Shown: positions 21,401-29,182 of the stretch, one piece after another | Layout of the letters: each line of letters opens with the position of its first letter | Position numbering within the stretch: the stretch's first letter is position 1 | Assembly (NCBI GenBank): GCA_947178155.1 | Contig: CAMWXG010000001.1 | Coordinates: 1,248 to 65,247 of the forward strand | Reading direction: 5' to 3' | DNA length: 64,000 nucleotides | DNA from: an uncultured Lachnoclostridium sp. | GTDB lineage: Bacteria > Bacillota > Clostridia > Lachnospirales > Lachnospiraceae | Program-made: the position numbers and the translations under genes | Notes under the pieces: model-generated | Told to the model about the DNA's origin: nothing | The model's database searches: none | What the model saw: only the letters and a program-made list of their open reading frames with translations

Positions 21401-24400
21401 TAATATTGAAGCGTCTGATATTAATAGTGTGTATTTTATAAAGAGTGCATCAAACGAATCAAAAGATATACTTACTAATATAATTTCGCTTGAAATGGAG
21501 GAAGAGATAAGCGTAAAAGGAATTAGTATTATAGAAGGTGAAAAAGAAATATCATTAGGAGACAAGGAAGTATTTTGGAGTATTTCACAGATTAATTTGT
21601 CTACACAGACTTTGCCGCCACAAGATACAATGATAGGAAATGAATCAAGTATATTAAGACTTTTATGGAAAGCGTTTTCAACAAATAACAATGGTTACAT
21701 ATTAACTTATAGGGATAATAAAGGTACTAAACTTAATGATAAAAATAAGGTTGTAATTGGTGTAAGTTATGTTGAAAATATTGCAGAAAAAAATATAAAA
21801 TTATCATTTGTAAACGCAGTATTTGCAGATAAAAAGCTTGAGGAGGGAGAAAATTTATCCGCATTTGCAAGAGAAGATAGTGCAGAAATTTTGTCTGATA
21901 ATGAATTTGCACTTTCAGATATCGCAGAAAAATATTGTACTGATATTAAAAGAATTGCAGATAATAATTTAGATTTAATTCTAAACAGCACTGTTTTATG
22001 GGATTTTAAGGATATTGTTTTACAGTCAGGCGGGGATGCAAAGATTATTGGGGATTATAAGGAAGCACCAAAGGCTGGTGAAACATTAAAAGAATTTGCA
22101 GAAAGAAATAATGTAACACCTTATTATGCTCTTTGGATTAACAGGGATAAAAAGAATTTATTTAATAAAGGGCAGAAGATATGTATAAGTGTGCAGGCAG
22201 GAATGAGAGCCGGAAGCGGAAGTGAAAATACTACTTCTCTTATTAATGAGAGCTTTAAAATTTCAAGGAAGCAGGCAGAAGTTGAGGAAGATTTCTTAAG
22301 CAAAAATTATGAGCAAAGTGTTTTGCTAAATAATTATACTCTGTTAAGTTATGGTATAAAAGGTCATAACATATATTCAGCTCCTATCTCATATACAGAG
22401 GATAATGACAGGCTTTTATATAATGCAGATATTCCGGCAGATAGATATATGGGTGGTTCATATGCTTCCTATGGAAGGCTTATGGAATTTGATTTTCTAT
22501 GGCTTGATTATTATGGAAACAGACTTATACCTCCATTTTATACAGCATGTATTGCAGGGTATCAGGATACTTTGCTTGGTTTTTCAAAATGGCAGTCAGT
22601 TGGAATAAGTTATAATATTGTGGACTGTACCACAAGTGATAAAGCTGTTCTAAGGGTTAAGACAGTATTTTCTTCTGCTGATTATTATAATGATGAAACA
22701 GGCGAGTTAAGAAGTAATGCACTTTCGTTTTATAAGAGGCTGCAAAAACAATTTTTGGATAAAAGAGTAAATGTTTATCTGAGATGTTCAATATTTGATG
22801 AAGTTTCAGAAAGTAAAAATGCATCTGCATGGAAGAAAATGATTGAAGATATAATTGCATTTTTAGATAAATGCAGAGAAGATGTACCAGAATATAATTT
22901 TGAGTTTTCATTTAATAAAAATGCACTTAGTAAAAGTTTATTTTTCCCATTAGAAGTAAGTATCGTAGTTGAAAGAGCTGGCAAAGCTGACAGAGGATTT
23001 GAAGAAACGGCTGGTATCGTAAGTACAGAGTCTTTGCTGGGGATAGCAGAGGATATAAAGAAATTTGCAAAAGATTTTAGAGAAATATATAAAGGTTATA
23101 TCCTTTTAACAGGTGGAAAAAGTTCTGCTTTGTATGTGTATAAGGTATCTGAATTAAATGTTAAGATAAATTCAGGCAAGAATATATTTCTTCCAAAACC
23201 TTTTTCAAATGTTCTTAAATCATATGATAATGTTACAATACAACTATATGAAAATGGAAGTTTTGGAAATAGTATAGTTAAAAATTATCAGTCTGTTGAT
23301 ATAAATGTGTGGGTGCGCAATGCCTTAAGTTTTATTGATAAAGCTACATCTGCAAATATTGTCAGTGCTGCAGGAATTGTATATTATGATTATGAAAGTA
23401 TTTTGGCAATGAAAAAAGAAATTGCAGTTAAGCTTTCAGAGTGTCTGGTATCTGCATTAAATGATGACTGTGCAGTATTTAGTGAGGCAAAGGAGGAATT
23501 TAAACAAAAACTTTTAGGTTCTCTATCTGAGTATTTTGAAGTAAAAGCTGTAGTTACGTTTGAAGCAGATACTACAGGGCTTCCAGAAAATGCTAAGTTA
23601 TATGGAAGTATTAAAGATGAGAATGACAATCTTGTATCATATTCAGGTGTAAAGTTTGAGAATGGAAGTAATAAAAAATATGCTGTAGCTATTTCAGGAA
23701 GTGATGCAGTTCTTGATAAAAACGGTGCAGTATTAGCTTCTATTGATGCAAAACTAAAGTTCACTGCTACACATATTGAAAGTGATATAAGACCTTTTAT
23801 TGATGATTTTAATGCTTCACAATGGCATGGTGCAATAAGTGATAATATTACAGATATATATTTAACAGATGAAAGTGAAGAAAAATCTGTTAATGTCCCA
23901 CTTCCTTTGTATACATTTCCAGAAACTCCTATAATGAAAGAACAAAAAGCAGAAGCCGGGCAGAGAGAGGATTGTTGGAGATATGCATATACATATTCAA
24001 GAACATATCATTATCCTCAGCAGATATGCAGATGCAAAGTGAAATATAATGTAAAGAATGAAGCCAAAGATGTGTTAAATGATATTTCATATGATTTATT
24101 TTCATTACTTGCTCAAATTGATGCCACCGGAAGTGATATTTTAAATGACTTAGAAGAAATTGCTTTGGAGATTAATGAAAGTAAGAAAGTAAAGCCTGAT
24201 GCTGATTTGCAGAGTCGTTTTATAAAAGTATATGATTGTATAAGAAGCATTTTAGGGAGGTTTGCAGAATGTGAATATGATGTTTTAGAGACCTGCAATT
24301 TGAAAGAAAATGCTGAATATATCACAGAGTTTATGGTGTTGGAGAAAAGTTATAACAAAGATTTGTTTTGCATTGAGCTTGACTGCAATAATGTGGAGCC

Positions 24401-25070
24401 TTATATTGAAGGATATGTCGCTAAACGAGTGGGTGAAAATAAAGATAGCAGTTGGATTTTTTGTAATAAAGCCGGCGAGTATCTTAGTTATGCTGAAGGT
24501 CAGAAAATTAAGAAAAGAACCATGATTATGCCAGAACATGAAGTGCTTGATTACCAGAATGGGATAGCAGAGATGTATGTTGAGCAGAATAAAAATCTGT
24601 GTGGTGGAAATATTAATGAACTTTTTGTATATACAACAGGAATTATCTCGTTTGGTTCTGCAATCAATGCATCATGTACTATTAATGATGTAGATTTAGG
24701 GCAGGAGGTTAAGGATAAAAAAATGCTTGCAGATAAATTAATTGTGTATATAAAGAAATTAATTAAAAATAATTCAGTAATACTGCAGGGGCAATGTGTA
24801 TACTCAAATAAAATTTATAGTAATCTGCAATTGGTAGAGATGCCGGTATTTTCACAGACAAAGGTTAAGATAGACGTAAGCAGTCTGGAGGAAGTTATTA
24901 ATAAATGGATTTTATTTATAAAAGACTGGAGAAAAGATTTCAAAGCTTTTGAATTTGCACAAAGCGAGAAATTGTCTTTTGAACTTGTATTTTTTAGTGT
25001 AAGTGAAGAAGTTCCACTGCTTACTGTTAAGAATTTATTTAGTGTAGGGGAGGATGTTGTGATAAAGTAA
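15438..25070 (+). CDS. Giant multidomain hypothetical protein (3210 aa) with extended beta-sheet region and two degenerate LysM-like repeats
   Basis: 9.6 kb uninterrupted ORF with RBS GGAGG; LSDIAEKYCTDIKRIADNN and GETLKEFAERNNVT...LFNKGQKI resemble LysM. Confidence 0.85.
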   Translation: MDITQLSEKLLSDTRQTEYEKGFIDTYKKFINLINSFGRFGVYFDKDYNCANTIYLLKRLESETSIVKPDGSGRGNIFLLYSASDAKLCKKLNENLSFFNEYSRVESAETADFELLICGGGDIDDNMYDALNSTVKYVITVRPYLDYEDYCFIKIRNENKEFTTYFTDTIYLNKSFSGMNFYIESPKLSKLTDDLKKYWNEKYNSSFNKAESILSFSGSSFNLFTVDGLVSEGKSTATDRADTAIVILIFAMLQAFFKTGKSEQPYVLAMTDFENADNKCFDLIKAACDIKKDTEELLKDLKKIYPQADEEDIKTGLLNPIIEKRVSLGNFLDKVEIIDKECLPYTLQNKIYIFPVGPLPYDYMNAIFAKSNMLFFESCDYVNLAINIGVPYINKQIENAGRSYPSLSYPNIALNMEKICDIFKNSVSAYYTAVDDKLANEIDTLAEFFKNPQNRYFEYISDNAQGIDASGNPSLANDKFAASAGVFYSLSGLTYKSGKKNDDEFNPQVIYKKLCDNFNDEKKELNFSAALKGTRIEKYLSDIVSLSGEKTVVFTLTSKNDIELEKEEGEKESDAEIVGISIKNASISGLEGITLELSLSDWYDASGSTNIHGTWGSKSNLSGITWLTVSDISFDIRIPENNMPVSGAVSGYLGKTDTDFGINLCFMINEQDGISTISANCREPITTFDLIEAIAGGLNFNSLLPSELISGNPVITLGLSSFVFKYNRKKSEIYSMNFCFANKAENLWVLWEKDGKKLLSARPEVAIDVISPADMANRQTSVMIGSFVDIGSPEEDGDIGSLWLSASYPPFTAELRMASEKISLNKLIELFGYKTDFEADIIDLSITADFGKKIYQLSAAVEGNWKLSDEFVIEGIGLHILGRAGRFSVVFSGLINVFGIDVAVRIGYLGEGKWNLFAEAKFGDKIHMSDIINEYKDGNEITISDEDKDNPLIADVSFSLTKTDSHTDYEIAASVKDWQISLFGTEKTVNASALIGKNNGKFSAYLIAEINLLGADCKIKLNYSDTKSFELIWGVFHGVVENKNNETTVSISLSNFSIGKMIETFIGWLKGSEFSLDEPWNILEKFCFDFSLVYNFTKNQFSIKLELPKPIEIGFGKIENINVVYDKNAESKIDVSLDITYAWKKDTESISWDASEPGNAPVPAGSGSSYFDLNYLAFGQKMRFFDDVSKITSASAAITALKDNISPDKIPEFDKTTGMLIASDFGILKEKGTYFIKAELVFCDSSLYALHIALDSTAAKVLKGFSFDIIYAKLSETLGVFKALIVLPDMFRKFDIGAYSITMPDFYIEVYTNGDFKVDIGFPKNGDFSRSFTLEGIIPPGIPVTGSAGLYFGKLSSATAESSGVNLPKTDRGVFNPVIAFGLGIRLGIGKKIEYGGILKGGFSLTLSTILEGVIAKFHTYDGSTPSEPWYYYLKGSAAIVANVYGEIDFAIISASLNITLSLSVAFVYEICRAFLLTVSVMVKAAISLKINLGLFKISIGFSFEMKLTESFTIGKNTQAPWDIKGIQKTNSLPKQNKINVDFSNLKADKIDIKGCISLSITSSGDEYLSDAIFVLNNVIMTLNGGDNFKILAERLAYWVFAAVCEKEVTIEELKSFIITDDCLAEFENYFTQTQMPVTPEVAEEFCEKFIVINIQDNETEYLRRSNEETVSDVYFPLPVQIELTAVYKDEEKEKGKYKYKLSEYNSLANGALDKFKEMFKELAVTVENEGNEKDKNKFQVFDEKGVSVAQLVFCDWFSMAASQIVHSARRLYRDKGVSKLNVDTIMKEFSSGSVYSDMAGILSRYFLHGLRLPTTDSERGALICPNKKGLWVNESEGMLTLPNEAGIFALTGQSFMANDEDGDSLSVLVKSDASYLKIPDDFCLKIDTAAYDNEEICIEERISSCAESLDIEYLLEKTEAEFIPEIISFGNPAKVGNRNLWTMPEGLKSYFSADYVTYPKFDFNYVRYDTEIHKRNPDTEFISLIEFNIEASDINSVYFIKSASNESKDILTNIISLEMEEEISVKGISIIEGEKEISLGDKEVFWSISQINLSTQTLPPQDTMIGNESSILRLLWKAFSTNNNGYILTYRDNKGTKLNDKNKVVIGVSYVENIAEKNIKLSFVNAVFADKKLEEGENLSAFAREDSAEILSDNEFALSDIAEKYCTDIKRIADNNLDLILNSTVLWDFKDIVLQSGGDAKIIGDYKEAPKAGETLKEFAERNNVTPYYALWINRDKKNLFNKGQKICISVQAGMRAGSGSENTTSLINESFKISRKQAEVEEDFLSKNYEQSVLLNNYTLLSYGIKGHNIYSAPISYTEDNDRLLYNADIPADRYMGGSYASYGRLMEFDFLWLDYYGNRLIPPFYTACIAGYQDTLLGFSKWQSVGISYNIVDCTTSDKAVLRVKTVFSSADYYNDETGELRSNALSFYKRLQKQFLDKRVNVYLRCSIFDEVSESKNASAWKKMIEDIIAFLDKCREDVPEYNFEFSFNKNALSKSLFFPLEVSIVVERAGKADRGFEETAGIVSTESLLGIAEDIKKFAKDFREIYKGYILLTGGKSSALYVYKVSELNVKINSGKNIFLPKPFSNVLKSYDNVTIQLYENGSFGNSIVKNYQSVDINVWVRNALSFIDKATSANIVSAAGIVYYDYESILAMKKEIAVKLSECLVSALNDDCAVFSEAKEEFKQKLLGSLSEYFEVKAVVTFEADTTGLPENAKLYGSIKDENDNLVSYSGVKFENGSNKKYAVAISGSDAVLDKNGAVLASIDAKLKFTATHIESDIRPFIDDFNASQWHGAISDNITDIYLTDESEEKSVNVPLPLYTFPETPIMKEQKAEAGQREDCWRYAYTYSRTYHYPQQICRCKVKYNVKNEAKDVLNDISYDLFSLLAQIDATGSDILNDLEEIALEINESKKVKPDADLQSRFIKVYDCIRSILGRFAECEYDVLETCNLKENAEYITEFMVLEKSYNKDLFCIELDCNNVEPYIEGYVAKRVGENKDSSWIFCNKAGEYLSYAEGQKIKKRTMIMPEHEVLDYQNGIAEMYVEQNKNLCGGNINELFVYTTGIISFGSAINASCTINDVDLGQEVKDKKMLADKLIVYIKKLIKNNSVILQGQCVYSNKIYSNLQLVEMPVFSQTKVKIDVSSLEEVINKWILFIKDWRKDFKAFEFAQSEKLSFELVFFSVSEEVPLLTVKNLFSVGEDVVIK

Positions 25071-25135
25071 TGTTTATGTTTGGAATAAAACTACATACAG
25101 AGAAATTATACTAAGCATTAAGAGGAGGTGTTTAC

Positions 25136-25234
25136 ATGGAGTTATTCTTCACATTTCTTGTGACTGTCGTAGCAGGTGTGGTTTGCCACCTCATCAGCAA
25201 ATGGCTGGACAGGCACGACAAAGGCAACAAATAG
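25136..25234 (+). CDS. Type I toxin, Fst/Ldr-like 32-aa membrane peptide (not in ORF track)
   Basis: MELFFTFLVTVVAGVVCHLISKWLDRHDKGNK*; RBS AGGAGGTG; single TM, KWLD motif and charged tail. Confidence 0.85.
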   Translation: MELFFTFLVTVVAGVVCHLISKWLDRHDKGNK

Positions 25235-25259
25235 CCTAGTGGGTGCTTTGCCACTATAA

Positions 25260-25347
25260 AAAGAAAAGAAGAATCCCCCGACTGTACGCCATTACGGTTG
25301 GGGGATTTGTTCTTTGCCTACATGGATTTCTCCACATTTCTTTGCCT
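25260..25347 (-). ncRNA. Putative antitoxin sRNA convergent on the toxin gene
   Basis: Minus-strand promoter just upstream, shared hairpin 25266-25315, and a direct repeat (25319-25342) of the toxin start region; boundaries approximate. Confidence 0.65.
25266..25315. terminator. Bidirectional terminator hairpin of the TA locus
   Basis: aatcccccgactgta-cgccat-tacggttgggggatt flanked by A-rich and T-rich tracts. Confidence 0.75.
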
Positions 25348-25353
25348 ACTGGC

Positions 25354-25382
25354 ATTATAGCATATGCAAATTTTAATTGCAA
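25354..25382 (-). promoter_or_regulatory. Sigma-A promoter for the antitoxin RNA
   Basis: Minus strand TTGCAA (25382-25377), 17 bp spacer, TG-n-TATAAT (25359-25354). Confidence 0.75.
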
Positions 25383-25465
25383 TATACACTTCTTTTTGAT
25401 AAAACAAAATTTATCCTTATTTGGTATCAATCAAATCAGTATATGTAAAATACATTAGCATAGCC

Positions 25466-25584
25466 CTCCGTTGACAGTAACAAGCAGTGCGGAAAATACT
25501 GAATACACACATTTTGCCAAAATAAGATTTTGTTCCAAATCATGCCAAAAATCCCTGAATTTGGCGTGGGGTGTAAAAAGTAAC
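25466..25584 (-). repeat. GTTAC...GTAAC intergenic repeat, copy C (inverted)
   Basis: Reverse complement reads gttactttttacac...gatttttggcatgattt...aaaatgtgtg...gcactgcttgttactg, sharing modules with copies A, B and D. Confidence 0.8.
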
Positions 25585-25838
25585 GGAAAATATCATTAGT
25601 TTTCTTATTGTTATTATGATAAAAAAAGGTTATAATATATTTTGTTTTATATCAAGGATATTATACTCAAGGCTGATTCAATCTGCCTTGAGTATTGCGC
25701 CAACCTACACCCGCAAAGCGGCATACTTCCTTATGCGGTTGTGCGCATCATATTATACTGCATGGCAAATCTTTCTGGTGTGCAGTATATAACAAAAATT
25801 ATAGAAAGGATATTTTCAAATTAAAGGTGAGTTTTACT

Positions 25839-27260
25839 ATGAGTGAAAAAAATGCAAAAAGCGGAGATAAGAGGAATTCATTTTCAGGTTCTATTGGCTT
25901 TGTACTTGCGGCTGCAGGAAGTGCTGTAGGGCTTGGGAATATATGGAGATTTCCTTATCTTGCTGCCAAAGATGGTGGAGGATTGTTTCTTGTTGTGTAT
26001 ATTGCTCTTGCACTTACTTTTGGGTTCACACTGCTTACTACAGAAGTTGCTATAGGCAGAAAGACAAAGCAGAGCCCGCTTACAGCGTATGGAAAGGTTT
26101 CTGCAAAATGGAAACCTTTAGGTATAGTTGCAAGTCTTGTTCCTGTGATAATAATGCCATATTATTGTGTAATAGGAGGCTGGGTAGTTAAGTATCTTAT
26201 TGCTTTTATAACAGAAGATGTTGAGACGATTGCCGCAGATGGTTATTTTACAGGTCATATTACAGAAGAAATATCACCAATATTGCTGATGGCTGTATTT
26301 TTAGGTGTAGTTGCTTTTGTTGTATTTAAGGGTGTTAATAAAGGCATAGAATCATTTTCAAAAATAATTATGCCTCTGCTTCTTTTACTTGTTATAGGCA
26401 TATCAATATTTTCTCTTACGATAAGCCATTCAGATGCTGATGGTGTGACACGTAATGGAATGGAGGGATTTCTTATTTACATAATCCCTGATTTATCGGG
26501 CATTACAGTAAAAGAATTTTTTTCAGTGCTTATTGATGCAATGGGACAGTTGTTTTTCAGCCTTAGTGTTGCAATGGGCATAATGATTGCATATGGTTCT
26601 TATGTACGTGATGATGCCAACCTTATGTCTTCCATTAATCAGATAGAAATATTTGATACAGTAGTAGCATTTTTGGCAGGAGTTATGATTATACCTGCTG
26701 TATATACTTTTATGGGACGTGAGGGTATGGCAGCATCAGGACCAAGCCTTATGTTTGTATCACTGCCCAAAGTATTTTCAGCAATGGGTGGTATAGGAAA
26801 ATTTATTGGAATTATGTTTTTTGCAATGGTTTTATTTGCAGCACTTACAAGTGCGGTATCTGTTATGGAAGCAGTTGTTTCAAGTCTTATGGACCAGTTC
26901 CATCTTTCAAGGCTAAGGGCTGCTATTATTGAAACGGCAATAGCACTTGTAGGAGGAGTGGTTGTATGTCTGGGATATAATAAATGGTATTTTGATATTG
27001 TGCTTCCAAATGGTGCAAATGCGCAGATTTTAGATATCATGGATTATATAAGCAATAACTGTTTTATGCCGATTGTAGCGATTGGGACATGTATTCTTAT
27101 AGGCTGGATAACAAAACCAAAATATATTATTGATGAGGTTGAAAAAACAGGATGTAAGTTTGGAAGAAAAAGCCTTTTCTGTGTAATGCTCAAATATATT
27201 GCACCTGTGCTTCTTGCAATACTTCTGCTTAAATCAGTGGGTATTCTTACAATTATATAG
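25839..27260 (+). CDS. Sodium-dependent transporter, NSS/SNF family
   Basis: AAAGSAVGLGNIWRFPYL, GQLFFSLS; start at ATG 25839 after AAGGTGA. Confidence 0.93.
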   Translation: MSEKNAKSGDKRNSFSGSIGFVLAAAGSAVGLGNIWRFPYLAAKDGGGLFLVVYIALALTFGFTLLTTEVAIGRKTKQSPLTAYGKVSAKWKPLGIVASLVPVIIMPYYCVIGGWVVKYLIAFITEDVETIAADGYFTGHITEEISPILLMAVFLGVVAFVVFKGVNKGIESFSKIIMPLLLLLVIGISIFSLTISHSDADGVTRNGMEGFLIYIIPDLSGITVKEFFSVLIDAMGQLFFSLSVAMGIMIAYGSYVRDDANLMSSINQIEIFDTVVAFLAGVMIIPAVYTFMGREGMAASGPSLMFVSLPKVFSAMGGIGKFIGIMFFAMVLFAALTSAVSVMEAVVSSLMDQFHLSRLRAAIIETAIALVGGVVVCLGYNKWYFDIVLPNGANAQILDIMDYISNNCFMPIVAIGTCILIGWITKPKYIIDEVEKTGCKFGRKSLFCVMLKYIAPVLLAILLLKSVGILTII

Positions 27261-27315
27261 GCGTATAGATTAGAGTTTGTTAAAAATACACAGATTTTAT
27301 TTGTTCAGGTAAATT

Positions 27316-27374
27316 CAAAGGGTTTCCAAAGAAAGCATGATTTTATATAGCTGGCTTTTGGAAACCCTTTTGAA
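27316..27374. terminator. Inverted repeat between convergent genes
   Basis: aaagggtttccaaa...tttggaaacccttt. Confidence 0.6.
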
Positions 27375-27404
27375 AAATTTTTGATAGAAAAAGGAGAAAT
27401 GTTA

Positions 27405-29168
27405 TTAATTAAGCTGATAATAAAGCCCTTTTTTGGTCATAAGCTCTTCATGTGTTCCTGATTCTGCAATTCCTTGATTTGCAATATATAATATGCAGTC
27501 AGCATTGCGGATTGTTGACAGTCTGTGTGCCACCATAAATGCAGTTTTATCTTTTAATACGATATCAAGTGCCTGTTTGATTAACTGTTCTGTTTCAGTA
27601 TCTATTGAGCTTGTTGCTTCATCAAGTATTACGATTGATGGATCTTTTAGTATTATTCTGGCAAAGCTTATCAGTTGTTTTTCGCCTGCAGATAGTCCCT
27701 GACCGCGTTCTTCAAGTTTGTGGTTATAGCCATCTGCAAATTGAAGTATACGCTCTTCTGCATGTATCAGCCTTGCAGCATTCATACATTCTTCATCAGT
27801 TGCATTGGGTTTCCCATAGCGTATATTTTCAAGAATTGTTCCTTTGAATAAAAATGGATCCTGCATAAGTACGCCTACTTCTTTTCTAAGGGAATGAAGA
27901 TTAATCTTTTTAACATCTATTCCATCTATTAATACACTGCCTTCATCTACATCATAGAAACGTGTAAGCAGGTTGATTACGGTGGTTTTTCCGGCACCTG
28001 TAGGTCCAACAAGTGCAATTGTACTGCCTGGTTTTACATGTAAGTCAAAGTCTTTAAGGACAGGTTCGTCTTCATCATATGAGAATGTTACATGATTGAA
28101 GTCAACTTTTCCCCTTACATTTGAAAGTGATACAGCATTTTTGACATTTTCAATTTCAACAGGGTAATCTATTGTATCAAATACTTGTTCAAGATTTGAA
28201 CTTACTTGTGCAAGCTGTTGTATAATAAAAGCAATCTGGGTTAGAGGACCTGAAAACAGGCTCATATAGCTTGTAAATACAACAACAGTTCCTGCATCCA
28301 TGCCTGTATTGCCTGCAAGTATCATTGAAAGTGCAAGCCCATATAGACATATTGTACCCAGGTTCCAAAATATTTCTACAATAGGTGTGTTTAATTCGTT
28401 GCGTCGTACTATGCGCATCCAGGCGTATAAGCTCTCTTGGTGTATGTCTTTATAGATATTGGTATTTATTTCTTCTCTATTATAGCTTTTAATAATTTTT
28501 TCGCCCATTATTGATTCTATAAGAAATGCAGAGCGGTTGGATATTTTTGCGCGATGTATTGGAAATAACTTGCGTATGGAGTAGCGCAGAGTAAATACGC
28601 ATATCATCATTGGTATAACTGCTGCAAATACAATTCCTGTAAGCTGCGGGCTTATTGAAAGCATAAAAAATGTTACTATTATTATTTTGACTATGTAAAC
28701 TAAAAGCAGTACCAGAAAGTTTGTAAAAAAGTTGGCAAGGTCATTGATATAGTCAGTTACTCGTATAACAATTTTTCCATCAGGTTTTGAGTCAAAGTAG
28801 TCAAATGGAAGTTTTTGAAGTTTGTAAAATATATCCTGACGTATTGCGGCTATTACCTTATGTCCCATGATACCTGTCTGACGCTGGTGTATGTATGTAG
28901 TTGATATTTCAAGAGCGGCAAGAAGAATCATTGAAATAATTATAAATGCAAGTTCCTGGTAGTTTTCATTTACTACAACTTCATTTATAATCTTTTTTAA
29001 CAGGAGAGGAGAGAGCATTGATATAAATGAGGAAGCAAGCATAAGTATTACCACAAGGATAATTATTTTCTTATATGGAAAAACATAACGAAGTATTTTG
29101 CCAAGTTGCTTTATATCTACTTTTTTAGTTATGATTTCGTCTTGAAAATATGTATTTCTTTTTGCCAT
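27405..29168 (-). CDS. ABC exporter, fused permease/ATPase
   Basis: GPTGAGKT, LSAGEKQ, ILDEAT, AHR. Confidence 0.93.
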   Translation of the reverse strand: MAKRNTYFQDEIITKKVDIKQLGKILRYVFPYKKIIILVVILMLASSFISMLSPLLLKKIINEVVVNENYQELAFIIISMILLAALEISTTYIHQRQTGIMGHKVIAAIRQDIFYKLQKLPFDYFDSKPDGKIVIRVTDYINDLANFFTNFLVLLLVYIVKIIIVTFFMLSISPQLTGIVFAAVIPMMICVFTLRYSIRKLFPIHRAKISNRSAFLIESIMGEKIIKSYNREEINTNIYKDIHQESLYAWMRIVRRNELNTPIVEIFWNLGTICLYGLALSMILAGNTGMDAGTVVVFTSYMSLFSGPLTQIAFIIQQLAQVSSNLEQVFDTIDYPVEIENVKNAVSLSNVRGKVDFNHVTFSYDEDEPVLKDFDLHVKPGSTIALVGPTGAGKTTVINLLTRFYDVDEGSVLIDGIDVKKINLHSLRKEVGVLMQDPFLFKGTILENIRYGKPNATDEECMNAARLIHAEERILQFADGYNHKLEERGQGLSAGEKQLISFARIILKDPSIVILDEATSSIDTETEQLIKQALDIVLKDKTAFMVAHRLSTIRNADCILYIANQGIAESGTHEELMTKKGLYYQLN

Positions 29169-29182
29169 TATAATCTCCTTCC

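Noticed and set aside
10450-25070. Prophage, contractile injection system, T7SS, RHS or NRPS/PKS identity for the giant operon
   Set aside because: No sheath/tube/baseplate, FtsK, WXG, YD-repeat, adenylation or ketosynthase motifs are recognisable; no integrase or att repeats were seen.
25243-25458. 71-aa ORF after the toxin gene
   Set aside because: It runs through the TA terminator and antitoxin promoter, has no RBS, and is better explained as non-coding.
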